From Bacteroidia bacterium (GTDB lineage Bacteria > Bacteroidota > Bacteroidia > UBA4408): 64,000 nucleotides of DNA. Of this stretch, positions 20,406 through 30,990 are shown piece after piece (positions within the stretch are counted from its first letter, which is position 1; every line of letters begins with the position of its first letter). Location: contig DAORKI010000004.1 in assembly GCA_035439485.1 (NCBI GenBank), forward strand, positions 5,745 through 69,744. The letters run 5' to 3'. A program made the position numbers and the translations under genes. The notes under the pieces are model-generated. The model worked only from the letters and a program-made list of their open reading frames with translations, was not told the origin of the DNA and searched no databases.

Positions 20406-21587
20406 TTATCCAAGCAACTTGTCATAAAGAGTTTTCATGTCAGCACAAAGCCTTGTATAATGAAAGTTATCCTTTACAAACATCCAACCATCTGTTCCCA
20501 TTTTTAATCGCAATTGTTCATTTTCGGTAATTCTATATAAGGCATTAAAGAAATCAGAGGCATTATTATTTTCACATAATATGGCAGTTATATTAGGTTT
20601 AACCACATTTTCAATTCCTCCTACATTAGTTGTAACAATAGGTTTATTACATGCTTGTGCCTCTATCAAACTCACTGGTGTACCTTCATTAAAAGAGGTG
20701 AGCGCAACAACATCAATGCCTGCTAAAACTTCATCAACTTCTTTTATCCATGAGGTAAAAATTACTTGAGCATTATAATTTGGGGTATCTATATAACTAT
20801 AAGAAAGCTGAAGCGATTGGCAGTATGTTATTAATTCATCTTTAAGTTCACCATCTCCCACAATAAATGCTTTTATTTTTTTACTGGTGGCTTCAGATAG
20901 CTTTTTGAAAGCATCCAAAAACATTTTATGATTCTTTACAGGCACCAATCTACCTATAATTCCAATACAAATTTCATCATCTTTTATGTTATATTTTTTT
21001 CTAAAGTTTATTCTTTTGCTATCAATATTGCTATTGAATTTTAATAAATCAAATCCTAATGGAATTACGGTTATTTTATTGGGATTACAAATTTTATGAA
21101 TTTTAGATAATTCCATCTTTTGTTTTTCACTAATTGCTACAATGGCATCGCTTCTTTTAGCTAAATATCGTTCAATATTTTTATAAAAGGTGGTAGTTGC
21201 AAAGCCAAAATATGAATGAAATACATGGCCATGAAAGGTGTGTACTACTTTTGGCACCTTGCATGAAAATGCTGCCAATCGACCTAATGTACCTGCCTTT
21301 GAAGCGTGTGTATGCACAATATCGGGTTTAAATTCAGAAATAATATTTTTTATTTTTTTGTAGGCTGCAATATCTTGTGTGGGATCAATTTTACGTTTCA
21401 TTTCTTCAATAATTACAGGTTCAAGCCCCAAGCTACTTGTAATAAATGTTGAACTATCTTCTGAATCGTCCTTTTCACCTCCAACAAGTAGGGTTTCATA
21501 ACCTTGTAAATACTTAGTAAGATAGGCAACATTATAGGTGGGACCACCTAAATTAAATCTGTTTATGATACGTAAAACTTTGGGCAT
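20406..21587 (-). CDS. glycosyltransferase family 4 (GT-B, group 1)
   Basis: The C-terminal 'EGTPVSLIEAQACNKPIV' E-x7-E motif and the domain order are typical of GT4. Confidence 0.8.
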   Translation of the reverse strand: MPKVLRIINRFNLGGPTYNVAYLTKYLQGYETLLVGGEKDDSEDSSTFITSSLGLEPVIIEEMKRKIDPTQDIAAYKKIKNIISEFKPDIVHTHASKAGTLGRLAAFSCKVPKVVHTFHGHVFHSYFGFATTTFYKNIERYLAKRSDAIVAISEKQKMELSKIHKICNPNKITVIPLGFDLLKFNSNIDSKRINFRKKYNIKDDEICIGIIGRLVPVKNHKMFLDAFKKLSEATSKKIKAFIVGDGELKDELITYCQSLQLSYSYIDTPNYNAQVIFTSWIKEVDEVLAGIDVVALTSFNEGTPVSLIEAQACNKPIVTTNVGGIENVVKPNITAILCENNNASDFFNALYRITENEQLRLKMGTDGWMFVKDNFHYTRLCADMKTLYDKLLG

Positions 21588-21592
21588 AACAT

Positions 21593-23497
21593 TTAATTAT
21601 AATACTTTTTATACCAGTTTTGAAACACAATCAAAGCCCAGACTTTAGCTACTGAATCTCCTGGATTATTAGAAAAAAGCCTCTTTAACAAATTTTGAAT
21701 AAAGATTGGATTGAAAATTTGCTGCTCAATAATATAGCTGTCAGAAAGTAAGTCATCAACTATTAATGATTTTAAGTCTGTTTTAAACCATTTTAAAAGA
21801 GGAACTTCAAATCCCTTTTTAGACCTGGTAAAAATTTCTTGTGGCAATTCATTTTGGAAAGCCTTTTTTAAGATTAACTTTCTGTTTTTTGCATTTATTT
21901 TAAAGTTGTCGGGTAATGAAAATGCATAATCAACAACCCTATAATCAAGAAAAGGAACTCGAATTTCTAAACTATTAGCCATACTCATACTATCTACCTT
22001 TGTGAGCATGTCACCTGCCAACACCATTTTCATATCGGTTAGCAAAATGTTTTTCATGGAAATGTTTTCATGAAGTGCAAATGCATTAAGTAAATTTGAT
22101 TTGTTTTCATCAAACAAATTTTGATCATTTTTGGATATGTAATCCAATCTAAAAAGACTGTTTAATTCATTTGCGTCATAAAAACCTGCCCATCTCCAAT
22201 ATCTTTCAGCATCGCTTAATTTGGCTCCATGAGATAATTTGTTTAACTGCCGAATTAAATTACCGAATTTTGAGTTTCTTGATTGGGGTAGTACTTTTAA
22301 AATTGGAGCAAGATGCTTTAGTTGATGAATATGAAATTGATTTTGCATCACGGCATATGCAGCGGCATGTTTGTTATAGCCGGCAAACATTTCATCGGCA
22401 CCATCACCCGATAAAGCTACTGTTACTTTTTTCCTGGTTTGTTGACTCAAAATATATACATTGAGGGCAGAAGAATCTGCAAATGGTTCATCTATGTATG
22501 AGAGTACATTATTTAAATTCTCATATAAATCATTATTGGAAAGTGAAAAAACTGTGTGATTTGTATTGCATTTTTTTGCCACAAGTCTTGCAAAATCAGT
22601 TTCGTCAAACAAAGGTTCGTCTTTGAAACCTATTGAAAATGTATTTAAATGCTTAGTATGTTTGGCAGCAAGGGCAGTAATGATAGATGAATCAACGCCT
22701 CCACTCAAAAAAGCGCCTAAAGGAACATCAGCAATCATTCTTATTTGAACAGCATCATCAAGCAAGTGGTATATTTTTTTGCAACTATCTTCAAAGTCAA
22801 ATGAAATAGGATTTTGAGGATTAGTATTTATTTGATAGTAACATTGTATACTTAATTTACCATTTTTTAGAACAGCAAAATGTGCGGGTGGCAGCTTATT
22901 AACATTTTTGAAAATGCTGTGACTACCTGCTATGTAGTTAAGATGAAAATATTGCAATAATGCTGCATGATTGATTTCCTTGTTAATTTCAAATTGGAGC
23001 AGTGCTTTCATTTCCGAAGCAAAGCAAAAATAATCTTCGTTAATAGTATATAAAAAGGGTTTTATCCCAAATCTGTCACGAGCAATAAATAATTCGTTAG
23101 TTTTATTATTCATAATGGCGAATGCAAAAAAGCCATTTAGTTTGTTGAGACAATTCTGCCCTTCGAGAATAAATAATTTCAATAGAACCTCAGTATCGCT
23201 ATCGGTGCTGAATTTTATTCCTTTTTGGATTAATTCTTGTTTTAGAATTTTGAAATTAAAAATTTCACCATTAAACACAATGGTGTAATCTTTATTTTCA
23301 TCACTAAAAGGTTGATTGGCAGCATCACTCGTGTCGATTATAGCTAATCTTGCATGAGCTAATGCAAAATTCTCTTTTTCAATAATGGCCTTAAAATCAG
23401 GACCTCTTTGATTTAAGGTTTGAATAGCATTAGCAATTAACTTAATTTTCTTTTTGCCATTATCTGTAAAAGCAAATATTCCAGCAATTCCGCACAT
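21593..23497 (-). CDS. asparagine synthase (glutamine-hydrolysing) family amidotransferase, polysaccharide-locus associated
   Basis: It has the N-terminal Ntn nucleophile 'MCGIAG', a glutaminase domain and a synthetase domain with the PP-loop 'SGGVDSS'. The 634-aa length and its position abutting GT4/wza/wzc suggest a WbpS-like role rather than housekeeping asnB. Confidence 0.85.
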   Translation of the reverse strand: MCGIAGIFAFTDNGKKKIKLIANAIQTLNQRGPDFKAIIEKENFALAHARLAIIDTSDAANQPFSDENKDYTIVFNGEIFNFKILKQELIQKGIKFSTDSDTEVLLKLFILEGQNCLNKLNGFFAFAIMNNKTNELFIARDRFGIKPFLYTINEDYFCFASEMKALLQFEINKEINHAALLQYFHLNYIAGSHSIFKNVNKLPPAHFAVLKNGKLSIQCYYQINTNPQNPISFDFEDSCKKIYHLLDDAVQIRMIADVPLGAFLSGGVDSSIITALAAKHTKHLNTFSIGFKDEPLFDETDFARLVAKKCNTNHTVFSLSNNDLYENLNNVLSYIDEPFADSSALNVYILSQQTRKKVTVALSGDGADEMFAGYNKHAAAYAVMQNQFHIHQLKHLAPILKVLPQSRNSKFGNLIRQLNKLSHGAKLSDAERYWRWAGFYDANELNSLFRLDYISKNDQNLFDENKSNLLNAFALHENISMKNILLTDMKMVLAGDMLTKVDSMSMANSLEIRVPFLDYRVVDYAFSLPDNFKINAKNRKLILKKAFQNELPQEIFTRSKKGFEVPLLKWFKTDLKSLIVDDLLSDSYIIEQQIFNPIFIQNLLKRLFSNNPGDSVAKVWALIVFQNWYKKYYN

Positions 23498-23556
23498 AAT
23501 ATTATTACTTCACAACTATTTTTGGAATAGTTATTTTACAATTAAACTTCAATAAT

Positions 23557-25872
23557 TTATTTACTTAAAATTTTAAATTCGGTTCTTCTGTTTAATTGTC
23601 GACCAGCATCTGTATCATTAGTGGCAATAGGTTGTGTTAGCCCATAACCTTTATATTCCAATCTATTTTTAGAAATACCTTTTGAAATTAGGTAATCAAC
23701 ACATGATTTAGATCTTGCATTTGATAAATAAATGTTGTAATCGGCTGTTCCTTTATTATCTGTATGGCTTGATAACTCAATACGCATATTTGGATAATCA
23801 TTTAGCAATTGAATTAGATGGTCGAGTTCAATAATTGATTGAGCTCTAAGCGTTGCCTTATCAAAATCATAAAAGATGTTTTTAAGAATAATTTTTGAAC
23901 CAACAGCTAAATTATTAAGAGGAAAATCTTTAACAATTTCTTGATTTTTTTGAGAAACTGGAACATTTATATTTTCATATGCTGTTTGATAATCCATAGA
24001 TTTTGCAATTAACTCGTACTTTTTACCTGTTGGAACAGCTGCTTCATAATTACCTTCGGGAGTAGAATTTATTGTTACTACTTCTTTAGATGAAATATTA
24101 TCTATAATTTTTATAGTAGCTTGCAATGGTTTTTTACTTACTGCATCGTAGACCTTACCTTTGATGATAGCTGTTACATCACTTTTTGTAACAAGGGCAA
24201 AATTCTTATCAATTTGCAAGTCACCTGAGGATTTTGGAACTTTAACAGTATCCATTTTAGATTTGTAGCTTGGTGCTGAAACTGTGGCAATTAATATTTT
24301 TTCGGATGGTACCCAAACTCCGTAGTAGCCTGATAATTCTTCGGTAGTAAACTTTTCAATTATTTCATTTGACTCTGTATTAATAATTTCTATGGTAGCA
24401 TTTTCAATTGGACTTTGGTTGTATTGATCCACCACTATACCTTTCATTAAGGCGCTAGTAGGTGTTTTTTTTCCACGAATTACAAGTGGCCCTTCTTGTT
24501 TTTTTGTTTCCAATGAATCTTGAGGGTTATCAGAATCTAGAAAGTTCACCAAATAAATATCTTTTTCACCAAATCCGTCATTTTTGTAGGAAGCATAGTA
24601 TCCATGGAGACCGTTAGCAGAAATTACGAAAAAAACATCGTCATCACTTGTATTAATTGGATAACCAATATTTTCAGGTTTTGACCATTGTCCATTAGTT
24701 AATGTAGTTTTATAAATATCAAAACCTCCCATTGAATTGTGTCCTTGCGAACTGAAATACATCGTTTTTCCATCAGGCATTAAAAAAACACCTTCTTCAT
24801 TATATTCTGTATTTAATGTAGGACCAACATTTAATAGTCCACCCCATTTATTACTTTTCAAATCTTTAACTACCATGTAGATATCCCTCTCCCCGTATCC
24901 ACCTGGTCTTTCGCTGATAAAATATAAGGTATCTAAACCTTTATTTATTGTTGCTGAACTTTCGTGGTATTTTGTGTTAATAGGATCTTTCATTCTAGAA
25001 GGTTTACTCCATTGCAGGTTAACTAGGTCACACTCATAAATATCTCCTTGTCCTTGATCATCAATATTAATAAACAATTTTTCACCTGATGGCGATAAAT
25101 TATTGGTGGCATCATGTACATCAGTATTAACAGGCGGTCCAATATTTTTAGCTTTAGTCCACTTATTCCCAAAACTAAAACTTTGATAAATATCTTCCCA
25201 ATATTCATCAATTAAATCATCTTTATCACCTTCTGGCCCAGAGGTGGTTCCTGGTCTTCGACTGGTAAACATTAACACATCTTCATCAGCAGAAATAATA
25301 GGTCCATAATCAGTATATGGCGAATTAATTTCAGGACCAAGATTTTCAATTTTAACCTTAACAGGCTTTTTTACTCTTTCTTGTCCAATATTTACTTCAT
25401 CTATTCTTTTATTGATTTTTAATAACTCTTTTTCATTTTTTGATTTGAGCACAAATTCTTTATGTAATTGATATTCAGAGCGAGCTTTATCCCAATTATT
25501 AGCAAGATGGTTGCTCATCCCCAGCCAGTAATGAATATCATCTGAAACTTTATTATCTAATTCAAATGCCCTTTCAAAATGAACCTTTGCTCTGTTTTTA
25601 AAGCTACTAAACATGTAGCACATGGCTATGTGGTAATTCAAATTTGCATTATTTGGATTAAATTCATTGGCTTTTTCAAGTAATGGTAATGCTCTTTTAT
25701 ATCTATATGAGCCTTCTTTAAAAATTTTCATTCCCTCATCTAAATTATTTTGAGCTTGAGCAAGTTCAATTGGTTTTGTTGGGAAATTTGTTGCATTAAA
25801 CTCAACATTTTGAGCATTCATTTCAGTGAGAAAGAAGGCCAAAAAAGGTATTAAAAGTAATATTCGCATCAT
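23557..25872 (-). CDS. multidomain OmpA-family protein (TPR + TolB-like beta-propeller + CarboxypepD_reg-like + OmpA_C), PG1058-like
   Basis: The ORF begins with a signal peptide and a TPR segment. Five to six repeats ending in 'GxxDIY' follow, resembling TolB/WD40-like blades. Next come two 'GxVxD...' carboxypeptidase-regulatory-like modules and a C-terminal OmpA domain ('NRRTEFKIL'). The same architecture is described for Porphyromonas gingivalis PG1058. Confidence 0.7.
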   Translation of the reverse strand: MMRILLLIPFLAFFLTEMNAQNVEFNATNFPTKPIELAQAQNNLDEGMKIFKEGSYRYKRALPLLEKANEFNPNNANLNYHIAMCYMFSSFKNRAKVHFERAFELDNKVSDDIHYWLGMSNHLANNWDKARSEYQLHKEFVLKSKNEKELLKINKRIDEVNIGQERVKKPVKVKIENLGPEINSPYTDYGPIISADEDVLMFTSRRPGTTSGPEGDKDDLIDEYWEDIYQSFSFGNKWTKAKNIGPPVNTDVHDATNNLSPSGEKLFINIDDQGQGDIYECDLVNLQWSKPSRMKDPINTKYHESSATINKGLDTLYFISERPGGYGERDIYMVVKDLKSNKWGGLLNVGPTLNTEYNEEGVFLMPDGKTMYFSSQGHNSMGGFDIYKTTLTNGQWSKPENIGYPINTSDDDVFFVISANGLHGYYASYKNDGFGEKDIYLVNFLDSDNPQDSLETKKQEGPLVIRGKKTPTSALMKGIVVDQYNQSPIENATIEIINTESNEIIEKFTTEELSGYYGVWVPSEKILIATVSAPSYKSKMDTVKVPKSSGDLQIDKNFALVTKSDVTAIIKGKVYDAVSKKPLQATIKIIDNISSKEVVTINSTPEGNYEAAVPTGKKYELIAKSMDYQTAYENINVPVSQKNQEIVKDFPLNNLAVGSKIILKNIFYDFDKATLRAQSIIELDHLIQLLNDYPNMRIELSSHTDNKGTADYNIYLSNARSKSCVDYLISKGISKNRLEYKGYGLTQPIATNDTDAGRQLNRRTEFKILSK

Positions 25873-26015
25873 TAATCACAATTATTTCTTGTCAAAGATA
25901 ATTTTTTAATATTAATTTCAAAAAGTCATTTTGGAAATTCTTGTTATTCATTATGATTAAAAATAGCTGATAGATTATTTATTTTGTTTTTAAATAATTC
26001 TACTACATTTGAAAA

Positions 26016-26534
26016 ATGAAAAGTAATAATATTCTTGTAATAAAATACGGCACTTTAATATCTATGTTTTCATTAATATGGATTGTGTTTGAACAATTAT
26101 TGGGTCTTCAAGATGAATATTTAGAATGGCATAAAATAGTAACTAATTTTAGCATGCTTATACCAATTTTTGGAATTTGGTTGGCCATAAGTGAATTTAA
26201 AGCTGTGCGTGTTTCAAAATACAGCTTTCAAAAAGGTTTTTCGCTAGGATTCAGAATAACCATAATAAATACAATATTAATCATACCTATTATATATTTG
26301 TTTTATTATTTTATTAACCCTGATTGGACGAATACTATGATGAATAAAGCTAAAATAGAAGCGTTGAACAGCGGCAAGGATTCTATTAAAGCAATGGAAG
26401 AAGCTAGATCTTACTTTAGTTTTAAATATTATTTAATCCAAAATATTATTGGAACCTTTATATTTGGCACATTGATGAGTTCAATCATTGCATTTTTACA
26501 AAAAAATAGAGCATCAAAGAAGTCATGGTCTTAA
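26016..26534 (+). CDS. small integral membrane protein (possibly DUF4199 family)
   Basis: It has four predicted transmembrane segments and is about 170 aa, the size typical of Bacteroidota DUF4199 proteins. There is no catalytic motif. Confidence 0.4.
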   Translation: MKSNNILVIKYGTLISMFSLIWIVFEQLLGLQDEYLEWHKIVTNFSMLIPIFGIWLAISEFKAVRVSKYSFQKGFSLGFRITIINTILIIPIIYLFYYFINPDWTNTMMNKAKIEALNSGKDSIKAMEEARSYFSFKYYLIQNIIGTFIFGTLMSSIIAFLQKNRASKKSWS

Positions 26535-27017
26535 CTCCATTTCAAGTATTTTAATTTGATCAAAACCTATGAATTTGTTTTGATTTTTATAAGCATACTC
26601 TAATACAATTTTTTGACTTAAATGAGAAGGTTTGTTTTTTTGATGTTGGTTGTCTTGAAATACAAGGCCCTGTTCAGTTTTAATGAAATTGGCTGAAACT
26701 TCTAAAGTATCACCTATTTCATAAATATTTCTTTGAACACCTAATTTTTTTTTATACCCTTTTGCTACTGCATATTTATCATCAACCCAAAAACCCAGCG
26801 TTTGAAAATCGTTGTAATTACCTGGGGAAATCAAGTAAATTTTATACTTGATACCTGAGGGTGATCCTTTTAAACCTCCACTATATTTTTGGGAAGTCAC
26901 CTCAATTATTTTGGGTTCAGACACAAAACCATGCTTAGTAGAGGTACAATTGATGAAAAGAGGAATAATTAAACAGAAAAAAACTGAGTAAATTTTTATG
27001 TTCAAATTTAAAGACAC
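26523..27017 (-). CDS. hypothetical lipoprotein
   Basis: A signal peptide with lipobox-like 'FINCTS' is present. The stop overlaps the start of the downstream PPIase gene, suggesting an operon. Confidence 0.45.
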   Translation of the reverse strand: MSLNLNIKIYSVFFCLIIPLFINCTSTKHGFVSEPKIIEVTSQKYSGGLKGSPSGIKYKIYLISPGNYNDFQTLGFWVDDKYAVAKGYKKKLGVQRNIYEIGDTLEVSANFIKTEQGLVFQDNQHQKNKPSHLSQKIVLEYAYKNQNKFIGFDQIKILEMELRP

Positions 27018-27448
27018 TACTCAGTAATATTAATTTTTTTGATATGGTCGCCTTGTTTAATGGTATCAATTATTTCCAATCCTTCAACGACTTTACCGAA
27101 ACAGGTATGATTTCTATCTAAATGTGCAGTATTTTTGCGGTCTAAAACAATAAAAAACTGCGATCCTCCAGTGTCTCTGCCTGCATGTGCCATTGATAAT
27201 ACTCCCCTATCATGATATTGATTTTCGCCATTTAATTCACATTTAATTTTATATCCTGGTCCACCGCTTCCCGTTCCATTTGGGCATCCACCTTGAACCA
27301 CAAAATTTGGTATTACCCTATGAAAAGTTAAGCCATCATAAAAGCCACTTTTAGCCAAATCAGTAAAATTTTTAACTGTTAGGGGAGCATCATTTTGGTA
27401 AAACTCAACTTTAAGTGTTCCTTTGTCTGTAATTATTTCAGCTTTCAT
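27017..27448 (-). CDS. ppiB: peptidyl-prolyl cis-trans isomerase, cyclophilin type
   Basis: It has 'FHRVIPNFVVQGG' and 'LSMAHAG...GSQFFI', the canonical cyclophilin motifs. Confidence 0.92.
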   Translation of the reverse strand: MKAEIITDKGTLKVEFYQNDAPLTVKNFTDLAKSGFYDGLTFHRVIPNFVVQGGCPNGTGSGGPGYKIKCELNGENQYHDRGVLSMAHAGRDTGGSQFFIVLDRKNTAHLDRNHTCFGKVVEGLEIIDTIKQGDHIKKINITE

Positions 27449-27467
27449 ATTTTTAATTCATTTATTT

Positions 27468-28121
27468 CTACCTTAAATCAATAACTTCATAGCCAGGATA
27501 ACTCTTTTCATTAAAAACAAAAATGGTCTCAGGTACAGCAGTATTAGTGCTCAGTGACTTAACTGCATAAGTCATATCAGTACCATCCTTTCCAAGAATT
27601 TTAATACTCACAATTTGTGACTTTTCTTTGTTAATAGTTAAAACTGCAGTGTGATAATTCTTCTTTTTAGCATCTTCTGGGTACAATTTAATAATTTGAA
27701 AAATTGACCCATTTTTTTGTTTTTCTTCCTTCACATATTCATATTTAAACCCTTTTTCATGCATGGTGAATATATTTGAAGGGTTTAGGCCTGTTTCCTT
27801 TTCTTTGCTTTCTACAGTATTAATTTGTACTTCAGAGGCATCCTTTAAAACTGTCCAACTTGTTTTTCCATCACTTATTATAACTTGATTATTAACCTCC
27901 AGTTTATATTTATTTGACTTGAGTGTTAACTTACCAAACTGAGTGTGTATTGATTTGTTTTTTAGGTTTTCAACAGTAATGCTGAATTCAGCGTTAATAC
28001 TTGAATATGTTTTAGTTTTTGCTGAAACATCATCTAAAATTTTTTTTGCTTTTGCATCTATTTGGGCATATGTGTATATGTGTAATATCATAAAACCAAA
28101 CGCAATAATTGCTTTTTTCAT
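27468..28121 (-). CDS. outer-membrane lipoprotein carrier protein LolA-like
   Basis: The 217-aa ORF has a signal peptide and is beta-rich. It sits immediately downstream of ftsK, the conserved ftsK-lolA arrangement. Confidence 0.65.
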   Translation of the reverse strand: MKKAIIAFGFMILHIYTYAQIDAKAKKILDDVSAKTKTYSSINAEFSITVENLKNKSIHTQFGKLTLKSNKYKLEVNNQVIISDGKTSWTVLKDASEVQINTVESKEKETGLNPSNIFTMHEKGFKYEYVKEEKQKNGSIFQIIKLYPEDAKKKNYHTAVLTINKEKSQIVSIKILGKDGTDMTYAVKSLSTNTAVPETIFVFNEKSYPGYEVIDLR

Positions 28122-28194
28122 ATTTATTTTTTTATTCGGACTAATAAACTTAAGAAAGGTTTAATTCTTTTTTATATAAAATTAATTTCAATAA

Positions 28195-30780
28195 TTATAT
28201 CCCCTTCAAAATGTGTTCCAAACTTTGTTCATCCTTAATTAGTACTTGTCGAGCTTTACTTCCTTCAAAGGGTCCGATTATACCTGCAGCCTCCAATTGG
28301 TCTACAATTCGGCCTGCTCTGTTATAACCTAATTTTAATCGCCTTTGAATTAAAGAGGTTGAACCTTGTTGATGCTGTACAATGATTCTAGCTGCCTCTT
28401 CAAAAAAACTATCACGTTGAGAAAGGTCAATACTTTCCTTTTCTGAATTATCATTTTCATCAACATATTCGGGCAATAAATAAGGTTGTGGATAGGCTCT
28501 TTGGGCACCAATAAATTCTGTTATTTTGTCTACTTCAGGAGTATCAACAAAAGCGCATTGAATTCTTATGAGATCATTTCCAGTGGATAATAACATGTCG
28601 CCTCTACCAATTAATTGTTCAGCTCCACCTGCATCTAGGATGGTACGTGAATCGATTTTTGATGAAACTCTAAATGCTATTCGAGCTGGAAAATTGGCCT
28701 TAATGGTACCAGTTATAATATTTACTGATGGACGTTGAGTTGCGATAATTAAATGTATACCTATAGCACGTGCCAATTGAGCTAAACGAGCAATAGGCAT
28801 TTCTACTTCTTTCCCAGCTGTCATAATGAGGTCAGCAAATTCATCCACCACCAATACAATATAGGGCATATAGTGATGCCCTTCTAATGGATTCAGTTTA
28901 CGTGAAATAAACTTGGCATTATATTCTTTGATATTACGAACCATTGCATTTTTTAAAAGTTCGTAACGAGCATCCATCAATATACATAATGAATTAAGCG
29001 TATGAATTACCTTTTTTGTATCGGTAATAATGCTTTCTTCGGCATTAGGCAACTTGGCTAAAAAGTGACGTTCAATAGTATTAAACAAGGTAAGTTCAAC
29101 CTTTTTTGGGTCAACCAATACAAATTTAATTTGTGATGGATGTTTTTTATACAACAGAGAAACTAAAATTGCATTTAATCCAACTGATTTTCCTTGACCA
29201 GTGGCACCTGCCATTAACAAATGAGGCATTTTGGCTAAATCAGTGATGAAAGTGTCATTGGTGATAGTCTTACCTAGCGCAATAGGTAAATCAAAATTAG
29301 TATTTTGAAATTTCTCAGAGGCAATAATACTTCTCATGCTTACCACCTCGGGTTTTTGATTAGGAACTTCAATACCAATGGTTCCTTTTCCAGGCATTGG
29401 TGCAATAATTCTAATCCCTAAAGCAGATAAACTTAGAGCAATATCATCTTCCAAATTTTTAATTTTAGAAATTCGTACTCCAGGAGCAGGTACAATTTCA
29501 TATAAAGTAACTGTAGGTCCTATTGTAGCTTTAATTTTTTCAATTTCAATACTATAATTCTTTAAAGTATCAAGAATTCTATCTTTATTGGCCTGAAGTT
29601 CTTCATTATTTATAGTAATTGAATCATTTCCATGCTTTTCAAGTAAATCAATTTCGGGAAAAACATAGGCTGACAAATCAGCCTTTGGGTCAAAATCACC
29701 TTCTGCGTGTATAAATCCATCGTCTTCTAAATTATCATTCATATTGTTAGGGGCAATAAATTCAGGTTCAACATTTATTTGGTGCTCAACAATTAATTCA
29801 AGGTCGCCCTCACCCTTAGCGGGAATTTTATCTAGTTTATTATTTAGATTAATTTCAAAATCTTGCACCAAACTGTTATCTTCAACTAAATTTTCAATTT
29901 CCATCACTGGCTCCAAACTATTCACCATTTCCTTTTTAAGGGTTTTAGAAAGCTGTATTTCTTCCTCTTTTTCAAATTCATTCCAATTTTTAGGAGAAAT
30001 TTTAGTTTCAGCACTTTCATCAATATGGCCTACCTTAAGCTCATTATCAAATTCATTAACTTTAATATCATCCACCACTGTTTCAATTTTTTTACCAATG
30101 CCATTCCAATTAAAGCCTAGATAGGCATATCCAGCATTAAGTGCAACAAGCATAAGGGCTGTACCAACTAATCCAAAAAATGAGATTAGCCACATATTCA
30201 CTTGATATCCAAAGTTTCCTCCAATGAAAAACCACTCAGTTTCAATTAAGTGATTAAATACAAACGAAGTACTTGTAGAGACTAGTAACAATAGCAGAAA
30301 ACAATGTTTAATTGTTTTGCGAAATGAAAATAATTTAACTTTAAAAACCAATTTAAAGCCAAGGGCAAAAATAACTGGGACTAAGAATAAGGATGCAATT
30401 CCAAAGCCACGATGCATAAACCAATGAGAGAGAATGGCACCAGTTTTTCCTAACCAATTTGCCACTTTAATTTCATTATTGCTTAACAATGTCCAATAGC
30501 CATCAATCACTTTATCTTGATCAATAGACCAGGTGAAGAAAAAGGATATAATGGCTACAAATAAATAGGTAGAAAAAAGTAATAATAATGCACCTCCTAT
30601 TATCTTAGCTCTTTTTATTTTTAATGCATTAGAGTTTTCTAAAGGAGCTTGAATAGAGTTTGTGCTGTTTTTTTCAGCCTTCTTATTTTTTGACTCAGCA
30701 GTATTTTTTTTAGCGCTTGCCTTTTTTTCCTTAACTTCTTCTAACTTTTCTACTGTTTCCATTGGGTTAAATTTTAGCAA
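28195..30780 (-). CDS. ftsK: DNA translocase FtsK/SpoIIIE
   Basis: It has N-terminal transmembrane segments and a linker. The motor domain has Walker A 'GATGQGKSV'. The C-terminal gamma winged-helix region is 'SLIQRRLKLGYNRAGRIVDQLE'. Confidence 0.95.
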   Translation of the reverse strand: MLKFNPMETVEKLEEVKEKKASAKKNTAESKNKKAEKNSTNSIQAPLENSNALKIKRAKIIGGALLLLFSTYLFVAIISFFFTWSIDQDKVIDGYWTLLSNNEIKVANWLGKTGAILSHWFMHRGFGIASLFLVPVIFALGFKLVFKVKLFSFRKTIKHCFLLLLLVSTSTSFVFNHLIETEWFFIGGNFGYQVNMWLISFFGLVGTALMLVALNAGYAYLGFNWNGIGKKIETVVDDIKVNEFDNELKVGHIDESAETKISPKNWNEFEKEEEIQLSKTLKKEMVNSLEPVMEIENLVEDNSLVQDFEINLNNKLDKIPAKGEGDLELIVEHQINVEPEFIAPNNMNDNLEDDGFIHAEGDFDPKADLSAYVFPEIDLLEKHGNDSITINNEELQANKDRILDTLKNYSIEIEKIKATIGPTVTLYEIVPAPGVRISKIKNLEDDIALSLSALGIRIIAPMPGKGTIGIEVPNQKPEVVSMRSIIASEKFQNTNFDLPIALGKTITNDTFITDLAKMPHLLMAGATGQGKSVGLNAILVSLLYKKHPSQIKFVLVDPKKVELTLFNTIERHFLAKLPNAEESIITDTKKVIHTLNSLCILMDARYELLKNAMVRNIKEYNAKFISRKLNPLEGHHYMPYIVLVVDEFADLIMTAGKEVEMPIARLAQLARAIGIHLIIATQRPSVNIITGTIKANFPARIAFRVSSKIDSRTILDAGGAEQLIGRGDMLLSTGNDLIRIQCAFVDTPEVDKITEFIGAQRAYPQPYLLPEYVDENDNSEKESIDLSQRDSFFEEAARIIVQHQQGSTSLIQRRLKLGYNRAGRIVDQLEAAGIIGPFEGSKARQVLIKDEQSLEHILKGI

Positions 30781-30990
30781 TCAAAAATAATTAACTAATT
30801 ACGTTAAAAAAGGATGTTTATAATATGTAATTAACATGTAATTGTTTAAATCGGATATAAAACATTAAAGTTGAGTTTTTATGATTTTTTGGGTGTTTGA
30901 GTCAAAGTCAAACTTTTGTTAGCAACATAAAATTTTCGAATTAAGAATCATTAGTTTTCAATACAGAAATGTTTAAAGTTTAATTGGCCT

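Noticed and set aside
29744-30124. 126-aa plus-strand ORF inside ftsK
   Set aside because: It is antisense to the FtsK linker region and low-complexity, so it is spurious.
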